Below, piece after piece: positions 60,837 through 64,000 of a stretch of 64,000 nt of DNA. The notes under the pieces are model-generated. The model was not told the DNA's origin. It saw nothing but the letters and a program-made list of their open reading frames with translations, and did no database searches. A program made the translations under genes and the position numbers. The stretch covers positions 14,609 to 78,608 of the forward strand of contig CASDVP010000009.1 in NCBI GenBank assembly GCA_949284445.1, written 5' to 3'. Within the stretch, counting starts at the first letter, position 1, and every line of letters starts with the position of its first letter. This DNA is from an uncultured Bacillota bacterium. Its GTDB lineage: Bacteria; Bacillota_I; Bacilli_A; RFN20; CAG-288.

Positions 60837-61838
60837 ATGATTTCAGTTATTATTACTTGTTACAACGCAGATAAAACAATAATTAGAGCTATTTCTTCTT
60901 TAGAAAACACATCTTTTAAAGATTATGAGATTCTTGTAATAAATGATGGCTCTACTGATAAGAGTCGAGAATTAGTAGAGGAATATATGACTTCACATCC
61001 AAAGGTGAAGTTATTGAATCAAACTAACTTAGGTATTGCTGGTGCTGCATCAAACGGGATTCGACATGCGACTGGTGATTATTTGATGTTTTTAGATGCT
61101 GATGATTATGTAGATGAAGATTATTTAGCCTGCATCAATGCCAGAATTAATAATTATGATATTTTAGCGCTTAGTTACAAGGTGGTTGATGAAAAAGGAA
61201 AAATACTTCAAGAAAAAATAAAACAAAATCAGCAATTTGATGATGACAAAGATATGAAAGGACTATTGAATAAATTATACTTTGACAATCATTCTTTTTC
61301 GGGATTTAAATATGTACCCATATATAAATGGACAAAAGTTATAAAAACCAGTATTGCCTTAAAAGTTGTTAGTGAATATGAAAAAGAAAATTTTGTCTTA
61401 TATGAAGACATGTGTCTGACTCTATTATGTGTTGCCAATGCCAAAAACTTAAAGATCACTGACTATTGTGGTATTAATTATGTTCAGCAAGCAAAGACAC
61501 ATTCTAGGAGCCATCAAAAATCATATGACGATTTGCTCAAATTAAGACAAAAACTCAATATGTTTTTGAATAGATATTGTGTCACATATAATTTAGATAA
61601 ACATATATTTGACACCATGGATTTTGATGTCTCAAAGTTTTATTTTTCTAGATTCATTAAAAGCCATAGCTTTAAGGAAGCAAAATCATTTTTTAGAAAG
61701 ATGATCAAAGATGAAGACTATAAGCGCGGACAAAAATTAACTGATCCGAGCGGTGAATCATTCAAAAGAAAAGTCTATTGTTATTTGTTAAAACACAATA
61801 TGTTTTTAGCGATATATTTTGTGTTTAAACATTTATAA
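60837..61838 (+). CDS. Family-2 glycosyltransferase, paralog of the gene at 56917.
   Basis: MISVIITCYNADKTIIRAISSLENTSF...LVINDGSTD...FLDADD. Confidence 0.8.
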   Translation: MISVIITCYNADKTIIRAISSLENTSFKDYEILVINDGSTDKSRELVEEYMTSHPKVKLLNQTNLGIAGAASNGIRHATGDYLMFLDADDYVDEDYLACINARINNYDILALSYKVVDEKGKILQEKIKQNQQFDDDKDMKGLLNKLYFDNHSFSGFKYVPIYKWTKVIKTSIALKVVSEYEKENFVLYEDMCLTLLCVANAKNLKITDYCGINYVQQAKTHSRSHQKSYDDLLKLRQKLNMFLNRYCVTYNLDKHIFDTMDFDVSKFYFSRFIKSHSFKEAKSFFRKMIKDEDYKRGQKLTDPSGESFKRKVYCYLLKHNMFLAIYFVFKHL

Positions 61839-61856
61839 ATCCGATCAAATAGTGTA

Positions 61857-62255
61857 TCAGTAAAACAACCTATCCAGTTCAACAGCAGTTGACTTGTTTC
61901 TATTATGATTTAAAGCACTAGCTTTATAAACAATTTTACCCTTTGCAATATCATCGGGTACACCATCTAAATTTATAATCTTTTTTAATAGTCTTGTGAA
62001 AGAAGCGCGCGAATCTTGAAAAGACTTGTTAAAAAAGCTATTAAATATTTCCTTATTTCTTTCAACTTTGCTTTTTGAAAGTTTTTTGCAGGTTCTTTTT
62101 TCTTTCTTTTCTGTGTCAAAATTGTTGAGAAGATCAACGATGCTATCAAAAATAGTTTTCGTCTTGTTCTTTTTATATTCACCTTTGAAGCGACTTTGAG
62201 GTTTCGTTGTTTTAATTGTCGACAATATTCGTTTTAGATCGATTGTTTTACGCAT
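61857..62255 (-). CDS. Small, very basic, Lys-rich hypothetical protein of 132 aa.
   Basis: ORF with about 25% K/R and no recognisable motif. It lies downstream of the NERD gene on the same strand. Confidence 0.4.
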   Translation of the reverse strand: MRKTIDLKRILSTIKTTKPQSRFKGEYKKNKTKTIFDSIVDLLNNFDTEKKEKRTCKKLSKSKVERNKEIFNSFFNKSFQDSRASFTRLLKKIINLDGVPDDIAKGKIVYKASALNHNRNKSTAVELDRLFY

Positions 62256-62360
62256 AGTTTCTACCTTTTATTTAAGACCACGTTAATTTAGCACTAATAT
62301 TATAGCCATGCTTTTAAAATGAAAAAGGTTTTTGCGTTGTTATGGTCTGTTTTAAGTGTC

Positions 62361-63101
62361 TCATCGCTTCTTGTGCATATTATCTTCATCTAAATCCATT
62401 GAGAAATTACATTTGGGATAACGTGAGCAACTATAAAACGGACCGCGCCTACCTGCTTTTATGACTAATGGGGCTTTACAGCGAGGACAGATCATCGAAG
62501 ATTTTATATCTTTTATTCTTTCTTTTGCTTTCTTGGCTAATTCTTCAGGAGAGATAGTTTTGCTCAAGTCATTCTTCTTTAATATGTCATAAATCAGTTT
62601 GATATCATTTGGCGTATATAACGGATAAATCTTTTTATTGCTGATGTAGTCAAACAAGTCTTTAATTTTAATGACGCTCTCAGCAAGAACGTTTAATTCA
62701 CCGCGTGTAAAAACTATCAATCCTTCAAAATAATAACTACTATTATTTATTAGCTCTTTAATAGCCATCAAATGGCAATAATTTTGCCTTAATGGATTCA
62801 AAATATTAGAGACGTTTCTTGTATAAGGGTTATGTATGACCCACCTAGAATCGTCATACTTACCATAAATATTACCAGCATAATTTTTGGTTTCTATGCA
62901 GAACAATCCGTTGCTTCTAAGAAGAACATGATCTATTTGATGATAGTAACCGTCATCCTTTTTTAAAATCAGGTCATTAATAAGCGCATCCCCTTCTTTT
63001 AGAAGACTATTTAAGACTGCTTTTACTTTTTCTTCGCCTTGCCTTCCATGTCTTGTGCGTGAATCCTTTATTTCTCTGCTGCTATATTTGATTTGCTCCA
63101 T
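62361..63101 (-). CDS. NERD-domain (nuclease-related) protein with a C-terminal topoisomerase-type C4 zinc ribbon.
   Basis: GAGGTG RBS 8 nt upstream. The NERD-like core is DHVLLRSNGLFCIETKNYAG. The C-terminal CPRCKAPLVIKAGRRGPFYSCSRYPKCNF matches the Topo I-type zinc ribbon pattern. Confidence 0.75.
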   Translation of the reverse strand: MEQIKYSSREIKDSRTRHGRQGEEKVKAVLNSLLKEGDALINDLILKKDDGYYHQIDHVLLRSNGLFCIETKNYAGNIYGKYDDSRWVIHNPYTRNVSNILNPLRQNYCHLMAIKELINNSSYYFEGLIVFTRGELNVLAESVIKIKDLFDYISNKKIYPLYTPNDIKLIYDILKKNDLSKTISPEELAKKAKERIKDIKSSMICPRCKAPLVIKAGRRGPFYSCSRYPKCNFSMDLDEDNMHKKR

Positions 63102-63441
63102 ATTTAGTCACCTCAACTATAATTAGCTAAAAAGAGGACTAAAAATCACAAAACTAACAAGTAAGCGCTTTCAGGAATAAAGTTTGTAATTATATGTTTA
63201 AAAAAGCCAAAAGCTTATAGAATGTCCAATATATAAAGCTTTTAAGAAAAAAAGAGTGATTTTTTAGCTTCCTTTTTTATTTTCAAAAGCATAAAAAGAT
63301 TTATGCGAAAAGTCCGCAGCTCTAGCATATTTTTAGTATATAAATTGTCGATTTAGAACTTGTGCGTCTTTCTTGAAATAAAACCCATTTTGCCATATCA
63401 TAATAACAAAGTCATTCGAAACATATTTTTAGGAGGAGACG

Positions 63442-64000
63442 ATGGAAATACCTAGCAAAAAATCTTCTTTGACAGTCATCGAAAATGAGCGATCACAATA
63501 TGCAATGAATTTTGCTGATAATGATGAACAACATAACCAGAATAGATCATCAAACAATCAGCCAAATAATCCTAATAACAGAGGCAAAAATCGCGGTTTC
63601 TTTTCTATAGCTTTTTTAGTTGTAGCCCTTATCGTTATTTTAGCTTTGATGTTATATTTCTTTGTCGTGCCTTCAACCAATGGCCGCAGTGTCACATTTA
63701 GAGAAGCAGATGTCACTTATAGAGTTGATACAAACGGAGATAATATCCCTGATATAACTTCGGATGGTCATCCAGATTTTGGAACATCTTCTAGTGGAAC
63801 GACTGATTTGAACTATGATTTCTCTATCAAAACCGACTCTAATCCAAAAGGCATAGTCATGGACGATAGTTCTTTGGGCGATTTAGCAAGACTATTGTTA
63901 ACACCTGAGACCAGTCAGATCACAATTGTTGTTGCACAGAGCAATGCTTCTAGTGAAATTACTTATTTAAGCGGTACTTTTAAACAATTAAATAATAATG
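63442..64000 (+). CDS. Bitopic membrane protein, partial (C-terminus beyond the window). It has a low-complexity N/Q-rich cytoplasmic head, one TM, and an extracytoplasmic domain.
   Basis: AGGAGG RBS 5 nt before the ATG at 63442. Low-complexity region SSNNQPNNPNNRGKNRG. TM helice FFSIAFLVVALIVILALMLYFFVV. The frame is open to the window end. Confidence 0.55.
   Translation, partial: MEIPSKKSSLTVIENERSQYAMNFADNDEQHNQNRSSNNQPNNPNNRGKNRGFFSIAFLVVALIVILALMLYFFVVPSTNGRSVTFREADVTYRVDTNGDNIPDITSDGHPDFGTSSSGTTDLNYDFSIKTDSNPKGIVMDDSSLGDLARLLLTPETSQITIVVAQSNASSEITYLSGTFKQLNNN

Noticed and set aside
1-64000. Possibility that this is a TGA=Trp (Mycoplasma/Spiroplasma code 4) genome, despite the Mollicutes-like lipoprotein content.
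   Set aside because: dnaX, recR and holB end at TGA at the expected protein lengths. Conserved Trp positions are TGG, for example KRWDS in S12. The long ORFs are complete under the standard code.
1-64000. A CRISPR array or other regularly spaced repeats.
   Set aside because: I saw no series of short direct repeats with unique spacers. The only tandem repeat noted is 2 x 11 nt at 52982-53003.

Overview
This is a low-GC chromosomal window (about 30-35% GC by eye) that uses the standard genetic code. TGA is a stop (dnaX, recR) and TGG encodes Trp. Lipoprotein genes are very dense: at least 12 ORFs carry a signal peptide plus an [LVI]xxC lipobox such as LASC, LTSC, LVSC or LTGC. The gene order dnaX-ybaB-recR-tmk-holB-yaaT(PSP1)-rsmI and the str operon rpsL-rpsG-fusA-tuf are typical of Firmicutes/Mollicutes. 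An Acholeplasma-like or Erysipelotrichia-like wall-less lineage with standard code is my inference, not something I can prove from the sequence.

Layout:
- 1-12.8 kb: a divergent cluster of six large surface lipoproteins carrying Ig-like, Big_2 and BspA-type LRR domains.
- 12.9-19.1 kb: replication and housekeeping operon.
- 19.1-24.2 kb: HAD hydrolase, BI-1-like membrane protein, and an intact plus a decayed COG1373 AAA+ ATPase.
- 24.4-28.9 kb: str operon with a strong sigma70-like promoter and terminator.
- 29.0-29.3 kb: small membrane protein whose promoter spacer contains a G8 tract.
- 29.5-34.5 kb: two tandem MacB/FtsX-type ABC ATPase-permease fusions on the minus strand.
- 34.8-38.4 kb: a three-gene operon encoding a SIR2_2-like (defense-type sirtuin/NADase-like) protein plus two paralogous RDD-like membrane proteins. 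This is the best candidate for an undescribed system.
- 38.6-52.7 kb: a sugar-type ABC importer whose MalK-like ATPase carries a roughly 280-aa insertion, two permeases, two paralogous solute-binding lipoproteins, a staphylococcal-nuclease-domain lipoprotein, a zinc-ribbon membrane protein, and a 1223-aa lipoprotein with Big_2 and repeated OB-fold-like modules.
- 52.85 kb: tRNA-Ser(GCU).
- 53.0-61.8 kb: a Wzx/Wzy-type polysaccharide locus with duplicated modules.
- 61.9-63.1 kb: a NERD-domain nuclease fused to a topoisomerase-type zinc ribbon, plus a small basic protein.

I saw no rRNA, CRISPR array, transposase or integrase.
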